64,000 nucleotides of DNA, taken from contig CALWNT010000012.1 in NCBI GenBank assembly GCA_944382885.1, forward strand, positions 10,784 through 74,783, in the 5' to 3' direction. This DNA is from an uncultured Clostridia bacterium (lineage in GTDB: Bacteria; Bacillota; Clostridia; Oscillospirales; Ruminococcaceae). This document shows positions 39,093 through 47,497 of the stretch, in pieces. Position numbers and translations under genes: made by a program. The notes below the pieces were generated by a model. The model did no database searches. It was not told the DNA's origin and saw nothing but the letters and a program-made list of their open reading frames with translations. Positions within the stretch are counted from its first letter, which is position 1. Every line of letters begins with the position of its first letter.

Positions 39093-39863
39093 ATGAATAA
39101 GGCATTAAGACATGCAGTAATTGCAGGTAACTGGAAAATGAACAAAAACAGAGCGGAAGCCAAAGCTCTGATTGAAGAGATGAAACCACTGGTAAAAGAT
39201 GCAGGCTGCGACGTTGTGATCTGCGTTCCGTTCACCAATCTGGAAACTGCTCTGGCTGCTACCGAAGGCACCAATATTAAAGTTGGCGCAGAAAACTGCC
39301 ATTTTGCAAAATCCGGCGCTTATACCGGTGAAATCTCTGCGGACATGCTCACTGAAATGGGCGTTGAATATGTAGTGCTGGGTCACAGCGAAAGAAGACA
39401 GTATTTCGGTGAAACGGATGTTACCGTAAATCAGAGAGTGAAAGCTGCTTTGGAAGCTGGCTTAAAAGTAATCCTCTGCGTAGGCGAAATGCTGGAAGAT
39501 AGAGAAAACAATATCACCGCTGAATTGGTTGCCATGCAGACCAAAATCGCATTAAAAGATGTAACCAAAGAACAGCTGAAAAACGTGATCATTGCATACG
39601 AACCAGTTTGGGCGATCGGTACTGGTAAAACCGCGACTGCTGAGCAGGCAAATGAAGTTTGCGCCCTGATCAGAGACGTAATTGCCAAGGTGTACGATAA
39701 AGACAGCGCCGACGCAATGACCATCCAGTACGGCGGCTCTATGAACGCAGGCAATGCGGAAGAATTGCTGGCTCAGCCGGATGTTGACGGCGGCTTGATC
39801 GGCGGAGCTTCCTTAAAGGCCAAAGATTTTGCGGTTATCGTAGAAGCGGCTACCAAAGGCTAA
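39093..39863 (+). CDS. tpiA: triose-phosphate isomerase
   Basis: AGNWKMN, VLGHSERR and AYEPVWAIGTG signatures. Confidence 0.95.
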   Translation: MNKALRHAVIAGNWKMNKNRAEAKALIEEMKPLVKDAGCDVVICVPFTNLETALAATEGTNIKVGAENCHFAKSGAYTGEISADMLTEMGVEYVVLGHSERRQYFGETDVTVNQRVKAALEAGLKVILCVGEMLEDRENNITAELVAMQTKIALKDVTKEQLKNVIIAYEPVWAIGTGKTATAEQANEVCALIRDVIAKVYDKDSADAMTIQYGGSMNAGNAEELLAQPDVDGGLIGGASLKAKDFAVIVEAATKG

Positions 39864-39879
39864 TGATTGACGAGGGCGG

Positions 39880-39915
39880 ATGGCTGACGATTTTGTCAGC
39901 CATTTGTGTTTTGAG
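39880..39915 (+). terminator. hairpin plus T-rich tail between tpiA and gpmI
   Basis: atggctgac / gtcagccat stem, followed by ttgtgttttgagtttt. Confidence 0.5.
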
Positions 39916-39939
39916 TTTTGTAAAACGGAGGAACGATAG

Positions 39940-41457
39940 ATGAAAAAACCATTGATTTTGATTATCATGGACGGATATGGAAAAAACGAATCCGATTATG
40001 GCAATGCCATTGCTGCGGCGAATAAGCCGAATCTTGACCGGATTATCGCCAATGGCCAGATGACCTATATCGGCGCATCCGGGCTGAATGTGGGACTGCC
40101 GGACGGACAGATGGGAAACTCTGAAGTAGGTCATACCAATATCGGCGCGGGCCGAGTCGTTTATCAGGAGCTGACCAGAATCACCAAGGCGAAAAACGAC
40201 GGGGATTTTGCCAAAAATGAAGCGTTTGTAAAAGCAATCGAAAACTGCAAAGCCAATGATTCCGCTCTGCATCTGATGGGACTGCTTTCTGACGGAGGCG
40301 TTCACAGCCACATCGAACACCTTTTTGGATTATTGGAAATGGCAAAACAGGCAGGACTTACGAAAGTATATGTTCACTGCTTTATGGACGGCCGTGACGT
40401 GCCGCCTTCTTCCGGTAAGGACTACGTTGCTCAGCTGGAAGAAAAGATGAAAGAAATCGGCGTCGGCAAAGTAGCTACCGTAATGGGCAGATACTACGCG
40501 ATGGACCGTGACAACAGATGGGATCGTGTGGAGAAAGCTTACAGCGCAATGGTTTACGGAAAAGGCAATACCGCTGCTTCCGGTGTAGAAGCGATGGAAA
40601 ACTCCTACAAAGAAGAAGTGACCGATGAGTTTGTAGTTCCCACTGTCTGCGACGGCGGCGCACAGATTCAGGAAAATGACAGCGTGATCTTCTTTAACTT
40701 CCGTCCTGACCGTGCCAGAGAGATTACCCGTACCTTGGTAGACGATAATTTTGACGGATTTGTCCGGGAAAAAGGCAGATTCCCAGTTTATTTTGTCTGC
40801 ATGACCCAGTATGACGCTACGATGCCCAATGTAGACGTGGCCTTTAAACCTCAGTCTCTCCACAATACTTTTGGCGAATATATCAGCAAGAAGGGCCTGA
40901 CCCAGCTGCGTATTGCGGAAACAGAAAAATATGCCCATGTGACCTTCTTCTTTAACGGCGGCGTGGAAGCGACCTTTGAGGGAGAAGACCGGGCGCTGAT
41001 CAATTCTCCGAAAGTCGCTACTTACGACCTCAAACCGGAAATGAGCGCTTATGAGGTCTGCGATGAAGTGGTGAAGAGAATCGAATCTGACAAATATGAC
41101 GTGATTATCCTCAACTACGCAAACTGTGATATGGTTGGACATACCGGCGTATTTGACGCGGCGAAAGCGGCTGTAGAAGCGGTCGATACCTGCGTCGGCA
41201 AGACAGTAGACGCGGTTCTCAATAAAGGCGGCGTTGCCTTTATTACCGCTGACCACGGAAACGCGGATCAGATGTATGAGCCAGATGGTTCTCCGTTTAC
41301 CGCTCATACCACCAATCCGGTTCCGTTCATCGTTGCAGGATATGACTGCAAGCTCAGAGAAGGTGGCAAATTGGCAGATATCGCACCTACCATGCTGGAT
41401 GTATTGGGCTTAGAGAAACCAGCCGAAATGGATGGAGAAAGCCTGTTTGTGAAATAA
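39940..41457 (+). CDS. gpmI: 2,3-bisphosphoglycerate-independent phosphoglycerate mutase
   Basis: LIIMDGYG...[15 protein letters not shown]-terminus and ITADHGNA near the C-terminus. 505 aa. Confidence 0.95.
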   Translation: MKKPLILIIMDGYGKNESDYGNAIAAANKPNLDRIIANGQMTYIGASGLNVGLPDGQMGNSEVGHTNIGAGRVVYQELTRITKAKNDGDFAKNEAFVKAIENCKANDSALHLMGLLSDGGVHSHIEHLFGLLEMAKQAGLTKVYVHCFMDGRDVPPSSGKDYVAQLEEKMKEIGVGKVATVMGRYYAMDRDNRWDRVEKAYSAMVYGKGNTAASGVEAMENSYKEEVTDEFVVPTVCDGGAQIQENDSVIFFNFRPDRAREITRTLVDDNFDGFVREKGRFPVYFVCMTQYDATMPNVDVAFKPQSLHNTFGEYISKKGLTQLRIAETEKYAHVTFFFNGGVEATFEGEDRALINSPKVATYDLKPEMSAYEVCDEVVKRIESDKYDVIILNYANCDMVGHTGVFDAAKAAVEAVDTCVGKTVDAVLNKGGVAFITADHGNADQMYEPDGSPFTAHTTNPVPFIVAGYDCKLREGGKLADIAPTMLDVLGLEKPAEMDGESLFVK

Positions 41458-41479
41458 AATAGAATCGCTCTGAATAGAT

Positions 41480-41525
41480 ATTCGGGCAGATGTGAAAAAT
41501 TCACATCTGCCCGAATGTTGTTTTG
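41480..41525 (+). terminator. intrinsic terminator of gpmI
   Basis: attcgggcagatgtga / tcacatctgcccgaat 16-bp stem, followed by gttgtttt. Confidence 0.75.
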
Positions 41526-41543
41526 TGGATGGATCGTGAAGAA

Positions 41544-41990
41544 TTATTTATAGACTTCAATTTCAAAAGTCTTGGAGTAGATGTATTCTTTGGAATTTTC
41601 CGAACCATCGGAAAATTGTTCCGGTGTTACCTCAATAGGACATTTGATTTCTACTTTATGATATCCAACAGTTAAAGGGCTGATTTCAATCTGCCTCGTG
41701 ATTTGATCGTTACTGGAGAATGGAGTCGAAATAGCAATCAGCTCCCTTGCTTCTTCACTGCCGTCTGCAGAATAAGTGATTGCTTGGGAGCCGTTATGAA
41801 TGAAATAATCTTTTCCACTTTTATTTGTAAAAGAACACTGAAAGAGGATGGCTTCATCCGAACGATAAGGAGGCTGGCTGATTGTCGCTTCTAAGACAAA
41901 ATCATTTTTGTCCGGATAGCAGAATCCCGACGAACACCCTGGAATAATCAATAGAAAGAACAGGATGCCGCTAAAAAGTATCTTTTTCAT
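41544..41990 (-). CDS. hypothetical lipoprotein
   Basis: ORF trimmed to ATG 41990, behind AAAGGAG. Signal peptide MKKILFSGILFFLLIIPGCSS has a lipobox-like PGC. Lies in an AT-rich region. Confidence 0.55.
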   Translation of the reverse strand: MKKILFSGILFFLLIIPGCSSGFCYPDKNDFVLEATISQPPYRSDEAILFQCSFTNKSGKDYFIHNGSQAITYSADGSEEARELIAISTPFSSNDQITRQIEISPLTVGYHKVEIKCPIEVTPEQFSDGSENSKEYIYSKTFEIEVYK

Positions 41991-42178
41991 CAGATTACTC
42001 CTTTGAATCTTCTTCATTGACAATCATATCATTTTATTATAAGTATATCTACTAGATCGAGAGGTTACAATGCACTTTATGATCGATTGATATGTACTAT
42101 CTTTACTTTCGTCAAAAAATCCTTTTTATCTTAAATTAAGAAAAGATACTATATACAAAATATATTTTTTAAGAAACT

Positions 42179-42196
42179 GTTCGACACAGTTCGACA
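42179..42196. promoter_or_regulatory. two tandem perfect Spo0A (0A) boxes
   Basis: GTTCGACAcaGTTCGACA. Each copy contains TTCGACA, the reverse complement of TGTCGAA. The copies start 10 bp apart. Confidence 0.5.
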
Positions 42197-42270
42197 TTTG
42201 TATCATTTTTAAATATATATTTCTTGATTAATTATATATTGCACAACAAACTAAGAAAGAATGGTTAATA

Positions 42271-42300
42271 TTGACAATTGAGATAACGTGACCATATATT
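42271..42300 (+). promoter_or_regulatory. promoter candidate for the island + strand genes
   Basis: TTGACA (42271-42276), 18-nt spacer, TATATT (42295-42300). Confidence 0.45.
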
Positions 42301-42339
42301 ATATAATCAAATCAAGAATAGATTAGGAGGTGAATATGA

Positions 42340-43134
42340 TTGAAACATTTTCAGAAAGAAAAGAAGAAAAAAAGTATAAAAGTCTGTTTGGTGATGATTG
42401 GATTTGTTATATTAACAATATGGTGCAATATAACTCCTAATCAAAGGCATATGTATTCTTTTGAAAAGAATGGACATTTCTATTATATTTCTGATATACG
42501 TCTCCGCTTTATGTCTACTTCTGCGGTTCTGGAAGCTACCCTTAACCGAAATGCTACTTTTTTTCATTTCACTACTGATTATTCTACACTAATAAAAGCT
42601 TGGGAACAAAATTCAAATGAATTTCGGGAATTGGTAAAACGAGAAGATGCTGCTGAAATTTTATTTAATTGTTATTTACAGGAAAAGCCTTATCAGCGTC
42701 CGGAATCGGGATATCTTTTTTCTGTCGAAGAGGAAGCCGAATTCAATAAACATCAAAGCCGTTTAGAAGAATTAGAATTTTTACTTTCTTTGGATTGTTT
42801 CCAAAATCAATTAAGTGAAGTTCAACGTAATATGTTACCACAACTGGTGAAAGAAAAGCTCATTTTAAAACGAAATCATCTGGCCCAATCCCATGTAAGT
42901 TGGTATCGGATAAAAGAAGATGGAAGTATCGAAATTCCAGATATGTCCTATCTCTATTTATCTGCGAAAAATGTAAAGAATCAAAACAATCAAAAGAGAC
43001 AAATTTCTCATGAAAATGGATGGAGGAAATTTTATGACAAAATTTATAAAAAAAGCAGCAAGTTCTCTACTGGCAGCTTTGACAATCGGCTCCATTGCTA
43101 CGATTCCTTTATTTGCAGGGGAAAGAGTAATTGA
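42340..43134 (+). CDS. hypothetical membrane-anchored protein, paralog of the N-half of the next gene
   Basis: TTG start 9 nt after AGGAGG. N-terminal anchor IKVCLVMIGFVILTIWC. The central region aligns by eye with the downstream protein. Confidence 0.5.
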   Translation: MKHFQKEKKKKSIKVCLVMIGFVILTIWCNITPNQRHMYSFEKNGHFYYISDIRLRFMSTSAVLEATLNRNATFFHFTTDYSTLIKAWEQNSNEFRELVKREDAAEILFNCYLQEKPYQRPESGYLFSVEEEAEFNKHQSRLEELEFLLSLDCFQNQLSEVQRNMLPQLVKEKLILKRNHLAQSHVSWYRIKEDGSIEIPDMSYLYLSAKNVKNQNNQKRQISHENGWRKFYDKIYKKSSKFSTGSFDNRLHCYDSFICRGKSN

Positions 43135-44179
43135 CACTCCTTATGAATATCCCATTGTGCCGGGAACTTCTGAATGGGCGGAATTAGAAGATTTTCCCTC
43201 CAAAATAGAGGCTTGTCAAATTCCAGAAAATATATTAAACAATATCAGTACGGAAGCTTTAGTAGAAACTGTTCTAAACTACCCCTTGTTTAAAATATAT
43301 TTCTCTTATGATAAAGCAACACTATATGATTGGTATAAAAATATTTTTAATGGGATTCAAGAATTGGAAACCAGGGAAGATGCTGGAAACTATTTGTTGA
43401 ATTTTTATCAGCAGGAAAACTATAGAAAAAATCGAAAAAGCACACAAAAGCAAGAAGATAAGAGTACTTATTGTGAGATACTACTTTCAGAAGAAAAATA
43501 TCTGGAAAATTTATCTGAAAATCAATTGAATGACATGGAACAGATATTAACTGAAAAACTAGAAACGGAAACAGATCCTCCTCTTTATTTTCAAATTTTA
43601 GGAGAGAAGCAACAACCTTTAGCATCAGAACCGGTTCCAGATTGGCCAGATAATTATACAACTACGGTCGTATATACTCCTCTGGGAAGCAAACCTGTTA
43701 CCGTACGTCGATATCTTGGAGAAATCTCTGACAATCTCATTAATCAATATAAAGATTACTACGCACAGATTTTCCCTGCTGCTGTCCATTTGTCAACGGG
43801 GACAACGCTCTATAATTGTCATTCTTATGCTTGGTATTCACAGTCTACGACTAATAAATTTTGGATGCCAGATCCATCCCCGTATATGAAGCCTGGTTGT
43901 GGATATGTACAGTATTACCCTCAAAATTATTCTGTACCGGAAACGGGCTTAAAAGTATTTTATGATAATAAGAGCGTTGAAAATAATCACAGCGCAGTAA
44001 TAACTGGTAGGTATTCTGGATCAGTTAATTCCGGCTATAATTATAATTTAGTCAAATGCGTTTCTAAGTGGGGACAAGGAGCTTTATATGAGCACAGACT
44101 TGTAGATAATCCTTGGACCACTTCGAAGTATTCCCCTCCTAATTCCGATATTCGATTTTATAAAAGAGTGTATTCTTAA
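43034..44179 (+). CDS. hypothetical secreted protein with C-terminal Cys/His (papain-like?) domain
   Basis: ORF trimmed to ATG 43034, behind GGAGGA. Signal peptide MTKFIKKAASSLLAALTIGSIATIPLFA. C-terminal motifs YNCHSYAW ... NHSAVITG ... GALYEH. Confidence 0.6.
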   Translation: MTKFIKKAASSLLAALTIGSIATIPLFAGERVIDTPYEYPIVPGTSEWAELEDFPSKIEACQIPENILNNISTEALVETVLNYPLFKIYFSYDKATLYDWYKNIFNGIQELETREDAGNYLLNFYQQENYRKNRKSTQKQEDKSTYCEILLSEEKYLENLSENQLNDMEQILTEKLETETDPPLYFQILGEKQQPLASEPVPDWPDNYTTTVVYTPLGSKPVTVRRYLGEISDNLINQYKDYYAQIFPAAVHLSTGTTLYNCHSYAWYSQSTTNKFWMPDPSPYMKPGCGYVQYYPQNYSVPETGLKVFYDNKSVENNHSAVITGRYSGSVNSGYNYNLVKCVSKWGQGALYEHRLVDNPWTTSKYSPPNSDIRFYKRVYS

Positions 44180-44220
44180 ATTTCGTATTTATTATTTTGG
44201 ATAACAAGGAACAAGATCTC

Positions 44221-44255
44221 AAAAGCGATGCCTTATAATTGGCATCGCTTTTGAG
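44221..44255 (+). terminator. intrinsic terminator closing the AT-rich island
   Basis: aaaagcgatgcc / ggcatcgctttt 12-bp stem with an 8-nt loop. Confidence 0.7.
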
Positions 44256-44322
44256 ATTTAGTCAAAAATTTCAAAACGCATAAGAGCTTTGAACACAATG
44301 TCCGAAAAAGGCAGAGACACTC

Positions 44323-44351
44323 TTTACAAAAAGGTCTAACTGTTATATACT
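44323..44351 (+). promoter_or_regulatory. promoter candidate
   Basis: TTTACA (44323-44328), 17-nt spacer, TATACT (44346-44351). Confidence 0.45.
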
Positions 44352-44472
44352 AAACAAAGTTATCGGAATTCTTTATGATGGCAACAACGGTGTTTTTCTC
44401 ACGGAGTAACAGGTATTATCATAACGATTTCTAAGAAAAAATCAAGTCATACTGAGAATAGGAAGTGTTTTT

Positions 44473-45597
44473 ATGACGTTTCGTGAAAATGTAATGGCGA
44501 TCCTTCACTATGAAAAATACGATCATTTTCCGGTGGTGTCCTTCGGTTATTGGAATGAGACTCTGGAAAAATGGGCGGCAGAGGGCCATATTACCCAAGA
44601 AGAAGCAGACGGTTATGCCAAACAGGGAGACAACTCTCCGGCGGACAATTCCGTTATGAAAAGACTGGGCTTTGACTTTAACTGGAATTCCTGCCTTGGA
44701 ACGGCAAACCAGCTTTTTCCGGCCTTTGAAAAACAGATTTTGGAAGAAAAATCGGACGGAAGCCGAATCGTTCGGGATGAACAGGGATTGATCGTGCTGG
44801 AAAAACCTGGCGTTGTCTCTATCCCGGCGGAGATCGGCACCTCCTTGATGGACAGAAAGTCCTGGGAAGAATTATATCTGCCCAAATTACAGTGGGATGA
44901 AAAACGAGTAGATACTGATTACTTTAAAACCCTTTCTTCCTTGGAAGGACGGGAAATTCCCATTGGACTTCACTGTGGTTCCCTTATCGGTTATATGAGA
45001 AATCTTCTTGGAGTAGAGCAGCTGAGCTATCTCTATGCGGATGACGAAGAGCTTTATGTGGAGATTATTGACACGATAGCCGGTTTGGCATATCGCTGTG
45101 TGGAAAAGGTACTGGAGACCGGCGCAAAATTTGATTATGCTCATTTCTGGGAGGATATCTGCTTTAAAAACGGCCCGCTGGTTTCTCCTTATGTGTTTGA
45201 GGATTATGTGGCGCCCCACTACAAAAAGATTACGGACCTGCTCAAGAAAAATGGGATCGACATTGTGTCGGTAGACTGCGACGGATGGATCGACAGGCTG
45301 GTGCCGATCTGGCTGAACAACGGTGTCAATACCATGTTCCCGATTGAAGTTGGCACCTGGAATGCCAGCATCGCTCCTTGGAGAGAACAGTACGGCAAAG
45401 AGCTCAGAGGCGTGGGCGGCATGAACAAAACTGTTTTTGCCCGGGATTATCAGGCCATTGACGAAGAAATTGAACGTTTGAAGCCGCTGATCGAGTTAGG
45501 TGGGTATATCCCTTGTCCGGACCACCGTATTGCTCCTGACGCAAAATTTGAAAATGTGCAGTATTACTGCGATAAGATGCAGAACTTGAAGATGTAA
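44473..45597 (+). CDS. uroporphyrinogen decarboxylase (URO-D)-family protein
   Basis: 374 aa. Resembles the URO-D-like/MtaA-like proteins common in Clostridia. Family-level call only. Confidence 0.55.
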   Translation: MTFRENVMAILHYEKYDHFPVVSFGYWNETLEKWAAEGHITQEEADGYAKQGDNSPADNSVMKRLGFDFNWNSCLGTANQLFPAFEKQILEEKSDGSRIVRDEQGLIVLEKPGVVSIPAEIGTSLMDRKSWEELYLPKLQWDEKRVDTDYFKTLSSLEGREIPIGLHCGSLIGYMRNLLGVEQLSYLYADDEELYVEIIDTIAGLAYRCVEKVLETGAKFDYAHFWEDICFKNGPLVSPYVFEDYVAPHYKKITDLLKKNGIDIVSVDCDGWIDRLVPIWLNNGVNTMFPIEVGTWNASIAPWREQYGKELRGVGGMNKTVFARDYQAIDEEIERLKPLIELGGYIPCPDHRIAPDAKFENVQYYCDKMQNLKM

Positions 45598-45629
45598 AAA
45601 AAGAGGCGGGCCTAGCCCGCCTCTTTTTT
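45596..45629. terminator. bidirectional intrinsic terminator
   Basis: An A-run, then an agaggcggg / cccgcctct stem, then a T6 run. Confidence 0.75.
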
Positions 45630-45642
45630 ATGAGGGTATTAG

Positions 45643-46076
45643 AGTAAATAGAAATTTATCTTTCTGTTTCAAAGCGATTTTACCCGATCACTTTCTTTCA
45701 GAGAAAGAAGAAAGCACCTGGGAGCACCGGCTCCCAGACCCCGGCACCTTTTGCTTGTCCAAAAGGTGGAAAGGACCCTGCTCAAGCGCCGCGGAGGCTT
45801 TGGTACGGGTCTTTGAAGTGTTCTCCTAACCATATCAACAAGGAAAAATTCAGTCTATCGCTCGGGCTGGAGGATGTTTTGGCAGAAGCTGATATTTTCC
45901 GTTGTACTCTGTTAGAAGGCAACTTTTAAGACCTATCTCAAGCCTTTCCGGCGTTTGAGGAATGCCCTTTTGGTTTCTTTTGGGCAAGCAACAGAAGCTC
46001 GGGGTATGGGGGCCGACTGCCCCCATAAGCTAAGTTCAGAACCGGCTAGGTTCTATACGATAAATTTCTGTTTGTT
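45643..46076 (+). ncRNA. candidate large structured RNA (about 430 nt), or alternatively a MITE-like element
   Basis: ORF-free region. Closing helix 45650-45660/46059-46069 (11 perfect bp, 18 bp with G-U pairs), a stacked second helix, and at least 8 local hairpins. All wobble positions favour the + strand. No match by eye to RNase P, tmRNA or SRP motifs. Confidence 0.35.
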
Positions 46077-46189
46077 GTATTTAGCACTTCCTTTTTAAAT
46101 TAAGAAAATCTTTCGTTTTTTCTCCGGAAAATCTCTTGCTGAAAGGACTATACTGAAATCAGTTATTTATCAGGAAGGGATTTTCGAAC

Positions 46190-47056
46190 ATGAAACACAA
46201 AAAGAAAAAAAGAATCGTTTGGGGGATCAGCCTGTTCCTTTTAGTCTGTGTGATAGGAGGATGTGCAGGAATCCTGCGCTTTTTTCCTGACGCAGTATAT
46301 GGTTTTTCTCAGATGATGGAAAAACGGCAGCAGGCAGAACTGCAAGAGATATCCGTTGAGACGGACGCCATTCCAACAGCACAGTTGAGCAGCCAATCTA
46401 CAGAAGACGTACCGATTCTCACTCTGATTGATCCGGAGCATCCGGTTCCTTCCGACAGTGCGCCATGCGTCCCCTTTCGGGATACTGAGCTTTTGCTTCG
46501 GGAAGAAGTGATCCCCTCTTTAGAACGATTGCTTTCTGACGCAAAGGAGCAAACCGGGGAAAAACTTTTGATTATGAGTTCTTATCGTACGAGTGAGGAA
46601 CAGCAAGAACTGTACGAAGAAGACCCTTCTACTGCCAGTCGGCCGGGAAGCAGTGAACATGAAAGCGGGCTGGCTTTGGATCTTTATGTTTATCAATATG
46701 CTGGAAAGAATTTTATTAAAACGGACGCCGGAAGATGGGTGAATGAGCATTGTCAGGATTACGGTTTTGTGATTCGCTATCCCTTCGGGAAAAAATCAGT
46801 GACCGGATTTTCTTATGAGCGCTGGCATATTCGATATGTTGGAACTCCCCATGCGGAAATTATGTATCAAAATCATTGGACGCTGGAGGAGTATCTAAAA
46901 CAGCTGACGCCCGGAGTATTTTATCAGTATGAAGATTACCTCATCAGCCGACAGCAAGAAGCAGACGGATGTCTGCAAATCCCCAAAGATTCTACCAATG
47001 TCTGTGTTGGTTCGGATAATACCGGATTTTATGTGGTTACCGCGCAAATGATCTAA
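46190..47056 (+). CDS. D-alanyl-D-alanine carboxypeptidase, VanY/peptidase M15B family
   Basis: N-terminal TM anchor. SEHESGLALD and ERWHIRYVG zinc-ligand motifs. Confidence 0.8.
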   Translation: MKHKKKKRIVWGISLFLLVCVIGGCAGILRFFPDAVYGFSQMMEKRQQAELQEISVETDAIPTAQLSSQSTEDVPILTLIDPEHPVPSDSAPCVPFRDTELLLREEVIPSLERLLSDAKEQTGEKLLIMSSYRTSEEQQELYEEDPSTASRPGSSEHESGLALDLYVYQYAGKNFIKTDAGRWVNEHCQDYGFVIRYPFGKKSVTGFSYERWHIRYVGTPHAEIMYQNHWTLEEYLKQLTPGVFYQYEDYLISRQQEADGCLQIPKDSTNVCVGSDNTGFYVVTAQMI

Positions 47057-47104
47057 AAAGTCCCCATCTGTTCAGGATTTTCGGAACAGATGGGGACTTT
47101 TTTG
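47056..47104 (+). terminator. intrinsic terminator
   Basis: aaaagtccccatctgttc / gaacagatggggactttt 18-bp stem, followed by a T-run. Confidence 0.8.
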
Positions 47105-47407
47105 CCCTTTCGCTTTACAGAGCGTGATGGTTCATGACCCTTGTTCGTGGAATCGTACCGAGGAAGAATGAAATTTTCAGCAGACAATATTTCAGGTGGG
47201 GAAAATTCCCTAAATCCCAATGAAGGGAAAAGGGAAATGGAGGGGAGCAAAAATCCCCCGCTTTTTGTACGGCCTTTGCAATTTGCAAATAATTGGAGGA
47301 AAGTTCCTATACTGGGAAATTTTATCGGTTTGCGCGCAAAAATCTGCAAATATTTTCGCTTAAATGAAAAAAGTTTTGAAAATTTCTTGATTTTTTCTAT
47401 TCTGGAC

Positions 47408-47436
47408 TTGCATTCTATCTTTATTGTGTTTATAAT
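47408..47436 (+). promoter_or_regulatory. Pmra-like promoter of the dcw cluster
   Basis: TTGCAT (47408-47413), 17-nt spacer, TATAAT (47431-47436). Confidence 0.55.
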
Positions 47437-47447
47437 AAAAGTTAACA

Positions 47448-47475
47448 GTGGGGAGAATAGGTGAGCTTAGGTGAA
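47448..47475 (+). promoter_or_regulatory. GTGrr direct repeats (candidate MraZ operator)
   Basis: GTGGGGA (47448), GTGAG (47461) and GTGAA (47471). TAGGTGA recurs exactly 10 bp apart. GTGGGGA recurs at 47498. Confidence 0.4.
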
Positions 47476-47497
47476 AAAAACCTAAAATTTTTACTCC

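Noticed and set aside
42336-42369. A possible alternative start or slippage site. ATG 42336 lies 5 nt after AGGAGG and opens a 34-codon frame. An A7 run (42363-42369) could connect that frame to the long ORF if it were one A shorter.
   Set aside because: TTG 42340 is also well spaced from the same RBS and directly gives a plausible membrane-anchor N-terminus. Slippage cannot be supported from the sequence alone.
45598-46189. Identification of the structured spacer as RNase P RNA, tmRNA, SRP RNA, or a cobalamin, T-box or c-di-AMP riboswitch.
   Set aside because: - The universal motifs are absent on both strands: GAGGAAAGUCC, the tmRNA 5' GGGG / 3' CCACCA-type acceptor end, the SRP GGAAGCAGC motif, the B12 box and the T-box GGUGGUACCGCG.
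- A partial CAGAACCGGCUA resemblance to the RNase P 3' region is too short to count.
47243-47275. A small hairpin (gggga/tcccc) plus T-run that might terminate an sRNA between the VanY-like gene and Pmra.
   Set aside because: The stem is only 5 bp and no promoter was identified upstream, so the support is insufficient.
47053-47464. ORFs 47053-47349 (- strand) and 47141-47464 (+ strand) upstream of mraZ.
   Set aside because: They have no RBS and low-complexity translations. They also overlap a terminator and the dcw promoter/operator region, so they were treated as non-coding.
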